Source: Acidobacteriota bacterium
GTDB taxonomy: Bacteria > Acidobacteriota > UBA6911 > RPQK01 > JAJDTT01
Reading direction: 5' to 3'
Assembly (NCBI GenBank): GCA_965217775.1
Contig: CBDCJH010000002.1
Coordinates: forward strand, 2,144,001-2,208,000
Length of the DNA: 64,000 bases
Shown here one piece after another: positions 1 through 10,442 of this stretch. The notes beneath the pieces were generated by a model. It searched no databases. It was not told the origin of the DNA and worked only from the letters and a program-made list of their open reading frames with translations. A program made the translations under genes and the position numbers. Positions within the stretch are counted from its first letter, which is position 1; the number at the start of each line of letters is the position of its first letter.

Positions 1-372
1 TTGCCCGCTCTCGCCATACCGCTTGAACGCCCAGGGGGATTTGAGCAGGTTGAAGGTCTCGCTGGAGACCACCCGGGGACGCTCGTAGGGGAACGGCTTG
101 CCGTGGTCCCGCTGGAGCAGGGGTTTGTAGTCGAAGGTGTCGACCTGGGAGGGACCGCCGTGCATGAAGAGAAAGATGATCCGCTTGGCCCGGGGCGTAA
201 AATGGGGCGCCTTCTGGACCAGAGGATTGTCGGAATCGCCAGGAACCGCTGCTGCGGCCTCCTCGGCCAACAGCCCCGCCAGGGCCAGAGAACCGAACCC
301 GGCGCTACTGGCCAGAAGCATCTCCCGGCGCGAGATTCGGGTTCCCATCAGATCGTTCCAATGTGAGTTCAT
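1..372 (-). CDS. DUF1501 domain protein (Tat-like N-terminus), 5' part only; runs off the window start
   Basis: Manual translation from ATG at 372 gives MNSHWNDLMGTRISRREMLLASSAGFGSLALAGLL...HFTPRAKRIIFLFMHGGPSQVDTFDYKP. This is the typical DUF1501 start, and it lies directly downstream of a DUF1553 gene. Not in the ORF track. Confidence 0.9.
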   Translation of the reverse strand, partial: MNSHWNDLMGTRISRREMLLASSAGFGSLALAGLLAEEAAAAVPGDSDNPLVQKAPHFTPRAKRIIFLFMHGGPSQVDTFDYKPLLQRDHGKPFPYERPRVVSSETFNLLKSPWAFKRYGESGQ

Positions 373-383
373 GGTTCGAACCT

Positions 384-3300
384 CTAATTCAGATACGCGA
401 ATTCACTCGACGCCATCAGCGCTTGGCAGAATCCCTGCCAGGACCGCAGCCGGCGTTCGTCGGGCTCTTCGACCCGATCCCGCCAGCCCGCATCCATGCC
501 GGCCACGAATTCCAGGGCCCGCCGGGACTCCTCATCGTTGGGCCGACGGCCCAATGCGCGTTCGTAGGCCACGCGGACCCGACCGGTCTCGTCCAGGTCT
601 TCCCTGGCCAAGAGCTGGGTGGCCATGCGGCGCGAGTTCTCCAGCACCAGAGAATCGTTCATTAGGAACAAGGCCTGGGGCGCCACCACGCTGGCTCCAC
701 GGTCTCCGTCCGTCACCGACGGGTCGGCGAAATCGAAGGCCCGGAGGAAATCGTACATGGAACTGCGCACCACCGGAAGATAGATCGACCTTCGATTCCA
801 GTCGTAACGGACTCCAGGACTGATGTAACCCCGGCCGCTCTGGCCCAACAACGATCCTCCCGGTTCCAGGTCCAAATTGGCGGAAACAGCGAGGATGGAG
901 TCGCGAATCGCCTCGGCTTCCAACTGGCGGCGGTTCATCCGCCAAAGCAAGCGATTCTCAGGATCCTTTCCGGCTCCCTCCGCGGAATAGCGGGTGCTCA
1001 TCCGATACGTGGCCGAAAGCATGATCAGACGGTGCATCCGCTTCAGGGACCAGTCCCCTTTTACGAACCGGGTCGCCAGCCAGTCGAGCAATTCGGGGTG
1101 ACTGGGCGCCTCGCCCAGTCGGCCGAAGTTGTCGGTGGAGACGACGAGACCCCGTCCCATGTGCCAGCGCCAGATCCGGTTGACCATGACCCGGGCGGCC
1201 AGGGGATTGTCCTCACGAACCATCCAGTTCGCCAACTGGAGACGGCCGCTGCGCGCCGGGTCGCTCAGCTTCTCGGGCGGCTTGCTGCCCAGACCCGGAA
1301 ACCCGCGGGGCACCTGCTCGCCCAGGTCCCAATGGCTGCCGCGCAGATGGATGGCCAGATCGTCGACCTGCTTGCCTTCGGTGACTCCCATGGCGCTGGG
1401 AAGCTCGGGCCGGCCCTCCTCCAGCTTCCTCCGCTCCTCTTCCAGGGCTTCCAACTCCTGGCGAGCGGCCTGGGGAAAGTACTCGGTGGTCTTCTCGGGC
1501 GGCCGAAAGGGCCCCCACTTCTCGTAGAGGATCGCCCTCATGGCTTCCAGGGCCGGATCCTCCAGCTTGATCTCTTCAGTCTCGTCGTCGGTCCGGACCG
1601 TGCTGAATTTCTTGCCGACGACTTCCCGGTCGCCCACCAGCGCTTTCCACGCCTCCTCGGCCCGCTGGAACTGCGCCTGGTAGCGGGTGGCCAGTTCCGT
1701 CTCGCCGGTCGCCTCAAGATCCTCGAAGAGTCTGGCCGCCGGCGACTGCCACCCCTCCCGCGATCGCCCCTCGGTCAGGGCGTGCCAGGCGTACAGCACC
1801 GAATAGGGCGCCCCGCGGCTCCGGCGCAGGCGGTCGATCCACTGCTGCAGAAAGACCGGATTCAGATCGTCCCGAAGGGCCACCTGGATCAGGGTTCTGG
1901 GGATGGGAGCTCCGTCCGGAAGGGGATTGGGGGCGAACAGCAGCTTCTCGAAATAGGGATAGCGGTTCTTGTGCTCCAGCCGGAGTGTGTTGTGTCCGGT
2001 GTTCAGGTCGAAGATTCCGGCCACCAGCCAACCACCCGCATCGGGCGAGGCCGTCCGGTTCTCGATGGCCTCGATCCCCCGCTTGACCAGGGTGCCGTTG
2101 AGGTGGATATCGGCGGTGCCGGCACCCGTCTCGGCTTCCAGAAACTCCAACTGGTAGGGACCGGCGGCGGGGATCCGGACATCGAATTCGGCGAAATAGG
2201 CATCGGGAGGCGCGTCGGAACTCCCGGCTTCGGGGATATTCGTCTTTCCCTTCTTCAGTTGCCGATCGACGTTTCCCCGGTCCCAGCTTCCCGCCTCCCG
2301 CACGGTCAGGGAATCGGGTTCGGGATTCCTTCCTTCAAAAACGCTCAGGAGCCGGATCTTTTCGTAACCGGCCAACTCCTGCGCGGCCAGCAGGTAGGCC
2401 CCTACCCGGGTGCGGCCCTCCTCGACCAGCTTCCGGTTCTCCCGCTTGCTGACGGCTTCGATGGCCTTGGTCTTGGCCTCGATTTTCTCCCGATGTTGCT
2501 GCAGCCGGAGACGATCGTCCGCCGGCGCCAGGACGTGCTCATGCCACTCGGCCACCACCTTGTGGTGCTCCATGGTCTTGGAGCTCCTGAAGATGCCGGC
2601 CAGCGAGTAGTAGTCCCGGATCGAGATGGGATCGAACTTGTGGTCGTGGCAACGGGCGCAGCCCAGGGTCAGCCCCAGGAAAGCCCGAAAGCTGGTGTCC
2701 AACTGTTCGTCGATGATGTCCATCCGCATCTTCACGGGGTCGTCTTCCGCCAGCATCTTGGGACCCAGGGAGAGGAATCCGGTGGCCGTCCAGCGCTCCA
2801 GCGTGGTCTCCAGATCACCCGAATCGGGCAGGAGGTCTCCCGCCAGTTGCTCTCGCACGAACAGATCGTAGGGCTTGTCCCGGTTGAGGGCCTGGACCAC
2901 GTAATCCCGATAGCGGAAGGCGGTCGTATGCGCCATGTTCTCGTCCAGCCCGTTGGAATCGGCGTAGCGGGCCACGTCCAACCAGTGGCGGCCCCAGCGC
3001 TCTCCATAGCGGGGCGAGGCCAGGAGGCGTTCGACCAGCCGCGCGTAGGCGCCCGGAGACCGGTCGTGGAGGAAATCCCGGATCTCTTCGATGGTGGGGG
3101 GAAGACCGGTCAGATCGAAGGTGGCCCGCCGAATCAGAGTCCGCCGGTCGGTGGCCGGGGCCGGCTCCAGTCCTTCCGCTTCCAAGCGAGCCAGTATGAA
3201 TCGGTCGATGGGCGAACGGACCCAGCCAGCGCGCCGGACCTGCGGCAGGGAGGGCTCCACCGGGGGCTCGAAGGCCCAGAAGGCTTCCGTCTCGGAGGTC

Positions 3301-3701
3301 GTTTGGTCGGGATCGGCAACCACGCCCCAGGGGGCGCCCATGCGGACCCAATTCGTGAGCAGGGCGATTTCCTCATCCGGAAGCCGGCCCGCAAGGGGCA
3401 TGCGCAGTTTCTCGTCGCGATGGGTGACGGCGCGAATCAGCAGACTCGACTCGGGATCGCCGGCGACGACGGGAGAGCCGCGGGTGCCACCCTTACGGAA
3501 GCTTTCCTCGTGGTCCAGGATCAGCCCGCCCATGACCGGCTGGCTGGCGCTGGAGTGACACGCGTAGCAGTGCCGGGCCAGGAGCGGACGGATCTTCTTC
3601 TCGAAATAATCGCCGTCGTTCGCCGGACCGGCGATGAGAGGCTGGGAAAGCAGCACCGCGAGCAGCCACGGCGCCGGACGCCTCCGGTTTGCCAAATCCA
3701 T
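384..3701 (-). CDS. Planctomycete cytochrome c (PSCyt1)/DUF1549/DUF1553 protein with an inserted beta-sandwich (CBM-like) domain
   Basis: Signal peptide; CYACH and CARCHDHKFDP heme motifs; RYGERWGRHWLDVARYADS (DUF1549); NPLAARVMVNRIW and HPELLDWLA (DUF1553). Start set at ATG 3701; the ORF track starts at 3734. Confidence 0.92.
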   Translation of the reverse strand: MDLANRRRPAPWLLAVLLSQPLIAGPANDGDYFEKKIRPLLARHCYACHSSASQPVMGGLILDHEESFRKGGTRGSPVVAGDPESSLLIRAVTHRDEKLRMPLAGRLPDEEIALLTNWVRMGAPWGVVADPDQTTSETEAFWAFEPPVEPSLPQVRRAGWVRSPIDRFILARLEAEGLEPAPATDRRTLIRRATFDLTGLPPTIEEIRDFLHDRSPGAYARLVERLLASPRYGERWGRHWLDVARYADSNGLDENMAHTTAFRYRDYVVQALNRDKPYDLFVREQLAGDLLPDSGDLETTLERWTATGFLSLGPKMLAEDDPVKMRMDIIDEQLDTSFRAFLGLTLGCARCHDHKFDPISIRDYYSLAGIFRSSKTMEHHKVVAEWHEHVLAPADDRLRLQQHREKIEAKTKAIEAVSKRENRKLVEEGRTRVGAYLLAAQELAGYEKIRLLSVFEGRNPEPDSLTVREAGSWDRGNVDRQLKKGKTNIPEAGSSDAPPDAYFAEFDVRIPAAGPYQLEFLEAETGAGTADIHLNGTLVKRGIEAIENRTASPDAGGWLVAGIFDLNTGHNTLRLEHKNRYPYFEKLLFAPNPLPDGAPIPRTLIQVALRDDLNPVFLQQWIDRLRRSRGAPYSVLYAWHALTEGRSREGWQSPAARLFEDLEATGETELATRYQAQFQRAEEAWKALVGDREVVGKKFSTVRTDDETEEIKLEDPALEAMRAILYEKWGPFRPPEKTTEYFPQAARQELEALEEERRKLEEGRPELPSAMGVTEGKQVDDLAIHLRGSHWDLGEQVPRGFPGLGSKPPEKLSDPARSGRLQLANWMVREDNPLAARVMVNRIWRWHMGRGLVVSTDNFGRLGEAPSHPELLDWLATRFVKGDWSLKRMHRLIMLSATYRMSTRYSAEGAGKDPENRLLWRMNRRQLEAEAIRDSILAVSANLDLEPGGSLLGQSGRGYISPGVRYDWNRRSIYLPVVRSSMYDFLRAFDFADPSVTDGDRGASVVAPQALFLMNDSLVLENSRRMATQLLAREDLDETGRVRVAYERALGRRPNDEESRRALEFVAGMDAGWRDRVEEPDERRLRSWQGFCQALMASSEFAYLN

Positions 3702-3796
3702 CGAGTCCTCCCCGGACGTGAGGGTAAAAGCCACTCAATTCTAACATTCCGAGTCTGGGAAATTCAGCCGCCACGTCCAGTTCGGACTTTCCCCAC

Positions 3797-4051
3797 AGGA
3801 GGGGGGACATCCCTGTCCCCCATTGGCGACTTTCTTGTCGCCTGTTCTTCTATGTTCCCATGCGATGTCGGTGGCCGGAAAGTGTAGAGTGGGGACTCCG
3901 TCCACCCTAGACCCCCCTAATCGGTGGCAAGAAAGCCGCCGCTCCTTTAGAGGTCTTTTATTATCAATGGCACAGAATGGGGTCACAATTTGCTATTGAT
4001 AGCGAAATTTGCATGAAGGAAGAGTTGGGGGACAAGACTGTCCCTCCTCCT
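3797..4051. repeat. Cluster of REP-like GC hairpins (nested inverted pair)
   Basis: GGAGGGGGGACATCCCTGTCCCCC (3798-3821), GGCGACTTTCTTGTCGCC (3825-3842), GGTGGCAAGAAAGCCGCCGCTCC (3923-3945) and GGGGGACAAGACTGTCCCTCCTCC (4027-4050). Confidence 0.7.
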
Positions 4052-4145
4052 AGTCGCTCCTCCTTTTCTGGAAAAGCGTTCCCGAATCGGGTAAGAATGA
4101 AGCCGCTTCTCGGGGACGCGTGCCGTCTCCGCCTCCGGACTCTCT

Positions 4146-5903
4146 ATGCGATCACGAAAGAGCAGGAAGAAGCCCTCTCTCACTACCGTCCGCTACGCCT
4201 TCAGGAAGATCATCTGGCCGCGCCGGAAGCTGCTCTTGTTGGGATTGGCCCTGATCCTGCTGAACCGCGTGGCGGGACTCGCTCTGCCCGCCGCCAGCAA
4301 GTTCCTCGTCGACGACGTGATCGGAGAGGGAAATCTCGAGCTGCTCCGGACTCTGCTGGCCGCCGTGACGGTGGCCATCGTGGTGCAGTCTTTCAGCTCC
4401 TTCTTTCTGACCAAACTCCTGAGCGTGGAGGCTCAGCACCTGATTTCCCTGCTCCGGGCGCAGGTCCAGCGCCACATCATCTATCTGCCCATCCGGTTCT
4501 TCGACAACACCAAGTCGGGTGAGTTGGTCTCCCGGATCATGACCGACGTGGAGGGCATCCGGAATCTGGTCGGCACCGGACTCGTCCACCTCTTCGGCGG
4601 AGTTCTGACCGCCATCGGCTCCCTCTTTTTCCTCTTCAGAATCAGCGTCCTGATGACGCTCTACACCCTGGTTCCCCTCACCATCCTGGGGCTGATCTCG
4701 CTCAAGGCCTTCGGCCACATCCGGCCCATCTTCCGCGAGCGAGGCAAGATCAACGCCGACGTCACCGGCCGCCTCGCCGAATCCCTGGGCGGCATCCGGG
4801 TCATCAAGGGTTTCAGCGCCGAGCGGCAGGAGATCCGCATCTTCGAAAAGGGGGTGGCGAGGATCTTCGACAACGTCCGGAAGTCCCTCACCGCCACCAG
4901 CCTGGTCACCAGCGCGTCGACGCTGCTGCTGGGGCTGGCCAGCGTGGGGATCATGGGTCTGGGGAGCTCCATGATCCTGGAGGGCGAGATGACGGTGGGA
5001 GATTTCGTCTCCTTCACCCTCTTCCTGGGATTCCTCATCGCTCCCATCGTCCAGATGGGCAACATCGGCAGCCAGATCACCGAGGCGTTCGCCGGCCTCG
5101 ACCGGAGCGAAGAGATCCTGACGACGTCCCGGGAGGACGACGACCCGGGCCGGACCGTGGTGTTGGACGATGTGGAAGGCCGCATCGTCTTCCAAGACGT
5201 GACCTTCTCCTACGAGCCGGGAAACCCGGTGCTGAAGGAGGTGAGCTTCGACGCTCCGGCCGGGAGCGTGACGGCGCTGGTGGGAAGCTCCGGATCCGGA
5301 AAGACCACCCTGGCCGGCCTGGCGGCCTCCTTCCTGAAACCGGACCGGGGCCGGGTCCTGGTCGACGGCCGCGATCTCTCCACCGTGACCCTGGAATCGT
5401 ACCGATCCCGGCTGGGAGTCGTGCTGCAGGACGACTTCCTGTACGAGGGGACCATCCGCGAGAACATCCGCTTCGGCCGGCCCCGCGCCAGCGACGAAGA
5501 GTTGCTGGAAGCGGTGCGGGCGTCCCACGTCAAGGAGTTCACCGACCACTTCGACGCGGGACTCGAAACCCTCATCGGAGAGCGGGGTGTGAAGCTCTCG
5601 GGAGGTCAGCGCCAGCGGGTCTCCATCGCCCGCGCCCTGTTGGCTGATCCCAGCATCCTGATCCTGGACGAGGCCACCTCCAACCTGGACACGGAGAGCG
5701 AGCTCTACATCCAGCAGAGTCTGGCCGGGCTGATGCGGGGACGCACGACCTTCGTCATCGCCCATCGTCTCAGCACCATACGCCAGGCTCATCAGATCCT
5801 GGTGGTGGAGGCGGGCGAGATCGTGGAGCGGGGAGATCACGAGGAACTGATCCGGCGACGGGGACGCTACTACCAGCTCTACACTTACCAGGCGCGAATC
5901 TGA
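4146..5903 (+). CDS. ABC exporter, fused permease/ATP-binding subunit (MsbA/MdlB-like)
   Basis: N-terminal TM domain; Walker A GSSGSGKT; signature LSGGQRQR; Walker B ILILDEATS; IAHRLST. Confidence 0.95.
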   Translation: MRSRKSRKKPSLTTVRYAFRKIIWPRRKLLLLGLALILLNRVAGLALPAASKFLVDDVIGEGNLELLRTLLAAVTVAIVVQSFSSFFLTKLLSVEAQHLISLLRAQVQRHIIYLPIRFFDNTKSGELVSRIMTDVEGIRNLVGTGLVHLFGGVLTAIGSLFFLFRISVLMTLYTLVPLTILGLISLKAFGHIRPIFRERGKINADVTGRLAESLGGIRVIKGFSAERQEIRIFEKGVARIFDNVRKSLTATSLVTSASTLLLGLASVGIMGLGSSMILEGEMTVGDFVSFTLFLGFLIAPIVQMGNIGSQITEAFAGLDRSEEILTTSREDDDPGRTVVLDDVEGRIVFQDVTFSYEPGNPVLKEVSFDAPAGSVTALVGSSGSGKTTLAGLAASFLKPDRGRVLVDGRDLSTVTLESYRSRLGVVLQDDFLYEGTIRENIRFGRPRASDEELLEAVRASHVKEFTDHFDAGLETLIGERGVKLSGGQRQRVSIARALLADPSILILDEATSNLDTESELYIQQSLAGLMRGRTTFVIAHRLSTIRQAHQILVVEAGEIVERGDHEELIRRRGRYYQLYTYQARI

Positions 5904-5915
5904 TGGGTACTATGG

Positions 5916-6293
5916 GTGCCCATGCCTGCAATCGTGGCGCTCACGGGCACCCTCATGGCCGTACTGGGAGTCCTGGGACTGGTGCGCCCCGCGGTTCTGA
6001 TCGAGGTGACGGCCCCGTTCCGAAAGGCTCGCTCGAGCCTCTACCTGGCCTCCGGGATCCGGCTGCTGGTCGGCATCGCCTTGATCCAGGTCGCCCCCGA
6101 ATCCCGCTTTCCCCAGGCGCTCCGGATCCTGGGCTGGCTGCTGCTGGGGATCGCCGTCTTCATCCTGCTCCTGGGGTCGGAACGTCTCAGTCGTCTCGCC
6201 GACTGGTGGATGGCGGCCTCGGAGCGGATCATCCGGGTCTGGTCGCTGCTGACCGCCCTGCTGGGAGTACTGCTCCTCTACTCGGTGTCGTGA
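5916..6293 (+). CDS. Small integral membrane protein (about 4 TM), function unknown
   Basis: Hydrophobic 125-aa ORF, operonic between the ABC and MFS genes. Confidence 0.75.
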   Translation: MPMPAIVALTGTLMAVLGVLGLVRPAVLIEVTAPFRKARSSLYLASGIRLLVGIALIQVAPESRFPQALRILGWLLLGIAVFILLLGSERLSRLADWWMAASERIIRVWSLLTALLGVLLLYSVS

Positions 6294-6301
6294 GCTGAGC
6301 G

Positions 6302-7549
6302 ATGCAGTCAGGCGACGCCAGAGCAGGCACTCCGCGACTCGGTCTGGTGTTCGGCCTCGCGCTGGCCAACTACCTGTCCCACGCGCTCATCCGCTACAGC
6401 ACGCCATTGTATTTCAGCGCCCTCGACTATCCGAAAGACGCTTACGAAACCTTCAGCTTCTACTGGCTGGTCGCCTTCATCGCAGGCTCCACCTTCTCGG
6501 GTCTGCTGGCGTCCCGATTCGACGAGCGGAACGTCTGGTCCAGCGGCGTCGCCGGGTTTGCCGGGCTGGGTCTGCTGCTGATCTTCATCCCCGGTTACTG
6601 GATGGTTCCTTTTGCGGGGCTGCTCTACGGGATCACGGCCGCCGCACAATGGGTCGGAGCCATGGCCTTCGTCCAGACCGCGGCTCCCGGCAAGCGGGGA
6701 TGGGCCAACGCCCTGCTGATGATCGCGCTCGGTGGGGGCAGCTTCGTGGGAGCTCCCCTGGGAGCGGCGATTCTGAACTGGACCTCCAGCGGGGATCCCA
6801 CTCCCGGCGACTTCTTTCCCATGCTTTGGTTTCACACCGCCCTCTGCCTTGCGGGGGCCCTGCTGATCCGGATCGTGGCGAGACATCCGGGGACGGTCCG
6901 GCGCCAGCGCGTGGAGGAGAACTGGAAGACCAACTTCTCGCTGTTGCGGATGCCCCGTTACCTGGCCATGGTCATCCCGCTGAGCCTGATGGGAGGCCCG
7001 GTCTTCCAGACCGTCAACATCTATCTGCCGTACCGCGCCGAAGCTCCGGAGATCGCGCTGAAGGTGGGCGCCGTAGACCAGGGATGGTCCATGCTCCTCA
7101 CCACCGGGTACGGGATGCAGTTCCTGGGCGGCCTTTTCATCATGCTCATCGCCGGGAAGAGGGCCGGCGCCCTCATGGCCGCGGCGGTGCTGGGAGGTTA
7201 CGCCGTCTGTAGTCTGGGCATCGGACTGTCGGACTATGTCTATGGCGTGGTGATTTTCACGGCCTTGTTCGAGTTTCTGAGGCAACTCATGCGCTGGTCC
7301 CAGACCGGCTACATCACCGAGCACATGCCCCTCGAGCTACGGGGTCCCGCCATCGGATTCTCCACCACTTTGAGCGGTCTCAGCTCCACACTGTTCGCCA
7401 CCGTGATGAGAAACTTGCAGTCGCCGGACAGTCCCGATTTCTCCTCTTCCCTCCCCTTCGTCGTGGGAGGGTCCATCGGACTGACCGGGGCGGTGCTGCT
7501 CTTGATTGCCCACTACACCATATTGAATTCAAAGGAGAACCATCGCTGA
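6302..7549 (+). CDS. MFS transporter
   Basis: About 12 hydrophobic segments; MFS motif A-like GLLASRFDERNV; 415 aa. Confidence 0.8.
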   Translation: MQSGDARAGTPRLGLVFGLALANYLSHALIRYSTPLYFSALDYPKDAYETFSFYWLVAFIAGSTFSGLLASRFDERNVWSSGVAGFAGLGLLLIFIPGYWMVPFAGLLYGITAAAQWVGAMAFVQTAAPGKRGWANALLMIALGGGSFVGAPLGAAILNWTSSGDPTPGDFFPMLWFHTALCLAGALLIRIVARHPGTVRRQRVEENWKTNFSLLRMPRYLAMVIPLSLMGGPVFQTVNIYLPYRAEAPEIALKVGAVDQGWSMLLTTGYGMQFLGGLFIMLIAGKRAGALMAAAVLGGYAVCSLGIGLSDYVYGVVIFTALFEFLRQLMRWSQTGYITEHMPLELRGPAIGFSTTLSGLSSTLFATVMRNLQSPDSPDFSSSLPFVVGGSIGLTGAVLLLIAHYTILNSKENHR

Positions 7550-8838
7550 TGTCCATGGCCGACAGCCGCTGGCAACGTATCGCAACTCTTTGCGGACTCT
7601 ACGCCGCCCAGGGGCTCCCCTGGGGATTCATGACCATCGCCCTGATTTCGTACCTCACGGCCAAAGGCATCAACGAGACTCAGGCGGGTGAACTGGCTGC
7701 CATCGTCCTGGTCCCCTGGACCTTCAAGCTGATCTGGGCGCCTCTGATCGACACCGTGACCATCCGCTCCATGGGCCGGCGCCGCCCCTGGATCATCGGG
7801 GCGGAACTGATGATGGGCATCACCCTGCTGGGGCTCCTCCTCATGGGCAACCTGGAGGGAGATCTGAAGTTCCTGGGTTGGATGTTCTTTCTGCACAACT
7901 GCTTCGCCTCGCTGCAGGACGTCTCCACCGACGCCTTGGCGGTGGACATCCTGCCCCGTAGCGAATACGGGCAGGTCAACGGCTTGATGTGGGGCTCCAA
8001 GCTGGTCGGCAAGGGGATCGGCGCGGGTCTCATGGCCGTGGTGATGAACCACTGGGGGATCCCGGCTGCGGTTCTGGTGCAGTTCGCCATCATGCTGGGC
8101 ATCATGCTGATTCCTCTGCTGCTGCTGGAGAGGTCCGGGGAGAAGCGCTTTCCCTGGAGCCGGGGCCAGGCATCCGACGAGGTGAAGGCCCCCAGCGTCC
8201 GCAGTCCCTGGGAGGTGCTGCGGGACATGCGTCGCGGCTTCGCCCTGAGCTCCATGTACATCTTCGCCATTCTCGGAACCATCAAGACCATCGGCTACGG
8301 CGTGACGGAAATCGTTAACAAGACCCTCTACACCCAACGCCTGGGTTGGAGCTCCGTAGACTACTCTGTCGTGTCGGCTTACGCCGTGGTTCCCGAGCTG
8401 TTGGGAGCCATCGGGGCCGGGTTCCTGGCCGACCGCTTCGGCCGCCGCCGCGTCATGGGCGTCAGCCTGGGAGCATCGGCCCTCCTGGCTCTGCTCTTCG
8501 GCGCATTGCCCGAACTCTGGTCCGCCACTTGGTTCACCACGCTCTACCTGGTGCTGGCGCCGGCCCTGTGGGCCGTGGTTGGCGTCAGTTTCCTTTCGTT
8601 CTCCATGCGAATCACCTGGACGCGTTCCGCGGCCACCATCTTCACGACCTACATGACCCTCTCCAACGTGGGTCACGTGATCGGGAACTGGATAGCCGGA
8701 CCGGTCCGCGAGGTCTTCTCCTTTGAGCACTCGTTCATGGTCTCGGGTCTGATGATTTTCGTGCCCATCCTGCTGCTCCCGCTGGTTCGGCCCGCCCAGG
8801 TCGACCGGGCCCGCCGGCTGGACGAGGCGATAGCGTAA
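7549..8838 (+). CDS. MFS transporter, AmpG/acetyl-CoA transporter-like
   Basis: LYAAQGLPWGF, PWTFKLIWAPLID, GRRRPWI, ASLQDVSTDALAVD and GFLADRFGRRR motifs. Confidence 0.88.
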   Translation: MSMADSRWQRIATLCGLYAAQGLPWGFMTIALISYLTAKGINETQAGELAAIVLVPWTFKLIWAPLIDTVTIRSMGRRRPWIIGAELMMGITLLGLLLMGNLEGDLKFLGWMFFLHNCFASLQDVSTDALAVDILPRSEYGQVNGLMWGSKLVGKGIGAGLMAVVMNHWGIPAAVLVQFAIMLGIMLIPLLLLERSGEKRFPWSRGQASDEVKAPSVRSPWEVLRDMRRGFALSSMYIFAILGTIKTIGYGVTEIVNKTLYTQRLGWSSVDYSVVSAYAVVPELLGAIGAGFLADRFGRRRVMGVSLGASALLALLFGALPELWSATWFTTLYLVLAPALWAVVGVSFLSFSMRITWTRSAATIFTTYMTLSNVGHVIGNWIAGPVREVFSFEHSFMVSGLMIFVPILLLPLVRPAQVDRARRLDEAIA

Positions 8839-9053
8839 ACCGGAGTACGAAAACAGTGAGAAATGGAGACGAACATGGCGCCTGCAAGCGACTCGGGAGC
8901 GTGTATCTCATCTCTTTGTTTAGACGGCCATCTAATCGGTCGCGAGAACGATGAAAGCTGCGATTTTATCGTCCATTTGTTCGAGCTGAATCGATTCGAA
9001 CCCGACTAAATGTGGCCACCTCCATTTCTATCAAGAATTCAGGAGGATGCATG

Positions 9054-9254
9054 ATGCCAAGCATTGCAGAAATTCAGCAGGCGATATTGGAACTTCCCGA
9101 ATCCGATCTCGTTCGATTGAGACATTGGTTCAACGAGTTGGACTGGGCAGAATGGGACCAGGAAATCGAAACGGATTCAGATTTGGGCAAGTTGGATTTT
9201 TTAGTCGCGGAAGCCATGGACGCGAAAGAGCAGGGCAAGCTTGAAGCACTCTAG
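9054..9254 (+). CDS. Small acidic putative antitoxin, partner of the downstream RelE/ParE-like gene
   Basis: AGGAGG RBS at 9041-9046; MPSIAEIQQAILELPESD...WDQEIETD...GKLDFLVAEA; abuts the toxin-like ORF. Confidence 0.7.
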   Translation: MPSIAEIQQAILELPESDLVRLRHWFNELDWAEWDQEIETDSDLGKLDFLVAEAMDAKEQGKLEAL

Positions 9255-9509
9255 ATGCATCGGACAACACCCGGCTTCTGGCGGCATTTCGAACGGCTTC
9301 CTGAACCGATTCAGAAAATTGCGAGCCGGAATTTCGTCCGGCTCAAGGTGAATCCGAGACATCCCTCACTCCGATTCAAGAAGGTCGGCAAATTCTGGTC
9401 TATCCGAGCCGGGCTTGCGTATCGAGCACTTGCCGTTGAAGATGACGATGGCTTCATTTGGGTGTGGATCGGCAACCACAACGACTACGAAAGGCTGATC
9501 GGAACTTAG
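9255..9509 (+). CDS. RelE/ParE-family toxin-like protein
   Basis: MHRTTPGFWRHFERLP...NPRHPSLRFKKVG..WSIRAGLAYRALAV..WVWIGNHNDYERL; 84 aa, basic. Confidence 0.8.
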   Translation: MHRTTPGFWRHFERLPEPIQKIASRNFVRLKVNPRHPSLRFKKVGKFWSIRAGLAYRALAVEDDDGFIWVWIGNHNDYERLIGT

Positions 9510-9641
9510 CGGGCTGTCCGCCGACCTGCTGACAAGGCTTGTGATATTCGCCGTTGTCATCGAGGAAAGCGATAGAGGCTAATCCTAATTTTCCGCGACT
9601 TGATTTTTTGAGACAGGCTGGGCTCGATCGGGGGAATTGTC

Positions 9642-9878
9642 ATGAAGCACATCGTTGTCATCGAGAAATCTGACAACGATTATTCGGCATATCTGCCGGA
9701 CCTGCCGGGCTGTGTAGCTGCTGGAGACACTCTTGCCGAAACGACAATTCTGATTCGTAAAGGCATCGTCTACCACTTGGAAATGCTCCGGGACAATGGC
9801 GACCCGACTCCCCAACCCCGGGCCATGACCATCCAGGTCACGCTAGAGGAAGCGACACCGGATCTCCGCCGGTCGTAA
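9642..9878 (+). CDS. hicB: HicB-family antitoxin (no intact hicA)
   Basis: VVIEK..YSAYLPDLPGCVAAGDTLAE...HLEMLRDNGDPTPQP is the HicB signature. Confidence 0.85.
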   Translation: MKHIVVIEKSDNDYSAYLPDLPGCVAAGDTLAETTILIRKGIVYHLEMLRDNGDPTPQPRAMTIQVTLEEATPDLRRS

Positions 9879-10038
9879 TCCGGAAGTTGGTGATGCGACG
9901 TTCATCCCACCTGAGACAGGGATCAGAATGGGCGAGACGGTGATGCGTACCTGGAGCGAACTGCAAGCGGAAGTTGGCGGCAGTCAGTACTGGATACAAG
10001 ACTGGAGCAAGACCCGCTGACCCTCATCACGGAGCAAC

Positions 10039-10296
10039 ATGGCACGAACCAGCAAGACGATCAGGTTCTCGCTTCCGCTTGAGTTGGCGGACAGGGTGGA
10101 CGAAATCTTGAAACAGGAGGAATGCACCAGGAGTGCACTTCTACGAACGGCATTGATCCGGCACATCGAAGAGTGTGAGTGGAGACAATTATTCAAGTAT
10201 GGAGAACGCCGGACGAAGGATACGGCCATCGGACCTGAGGATGTGGGGATCCTGGTCGAGGAGTTTCGAGCCGAAACTGACGCTTTTCGCTCATGA
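10039..10296 (+). CDS. CopG/ribbon-helix-helix antitoxin-like protein
   Basis: MARTSKTIRFSLPLELADRVDEILKQEECTRSALLRTAL; stop overlaps (ATGA) the start of a PIN-like ORF. Confidence 0.8.
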   Translation: MARTSKTIRFSLPLELADRVDEILKQEECTRSALLRTALIRHIEECEWRQLFKYGERRTKDTAIGPEDVGILVEEFRAETDAFRS

Positions 10297-10442
10297 GGAT
10301 CCTTCTTGACACCAACGGCATCGTCTCTTTCCCTATCCTCCCTGGAAACGGGTGTCCAGCTCTTGAACTGACCCGCCGAGGCCGTTATACACCGTACTTC
10401 TCCCCGTCTGTGCTCCGTGAACATATTACGGAGAACAAGTAA
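10293..10442 (+). pseudogene. Truncated PIN-domain toxin (49 codons)
   Basis: MRILLDTNGIVSF...LELTRRGRYTPYFSPSVLREH then TAA; N-terminal PIN motif LDTN; translationally coupled to the RHH gene. Confidence 0.7.

Noticed and set aside
1032-3887. Long antisense ORFs (e.g. 1032-3887, 4152-5840, 11467-12951, 16950-19286, 42106-44223)
   Set aside because: Shadow frames of GC-rich genes that are clearly identified on the opposite strand; no motifs of their own.
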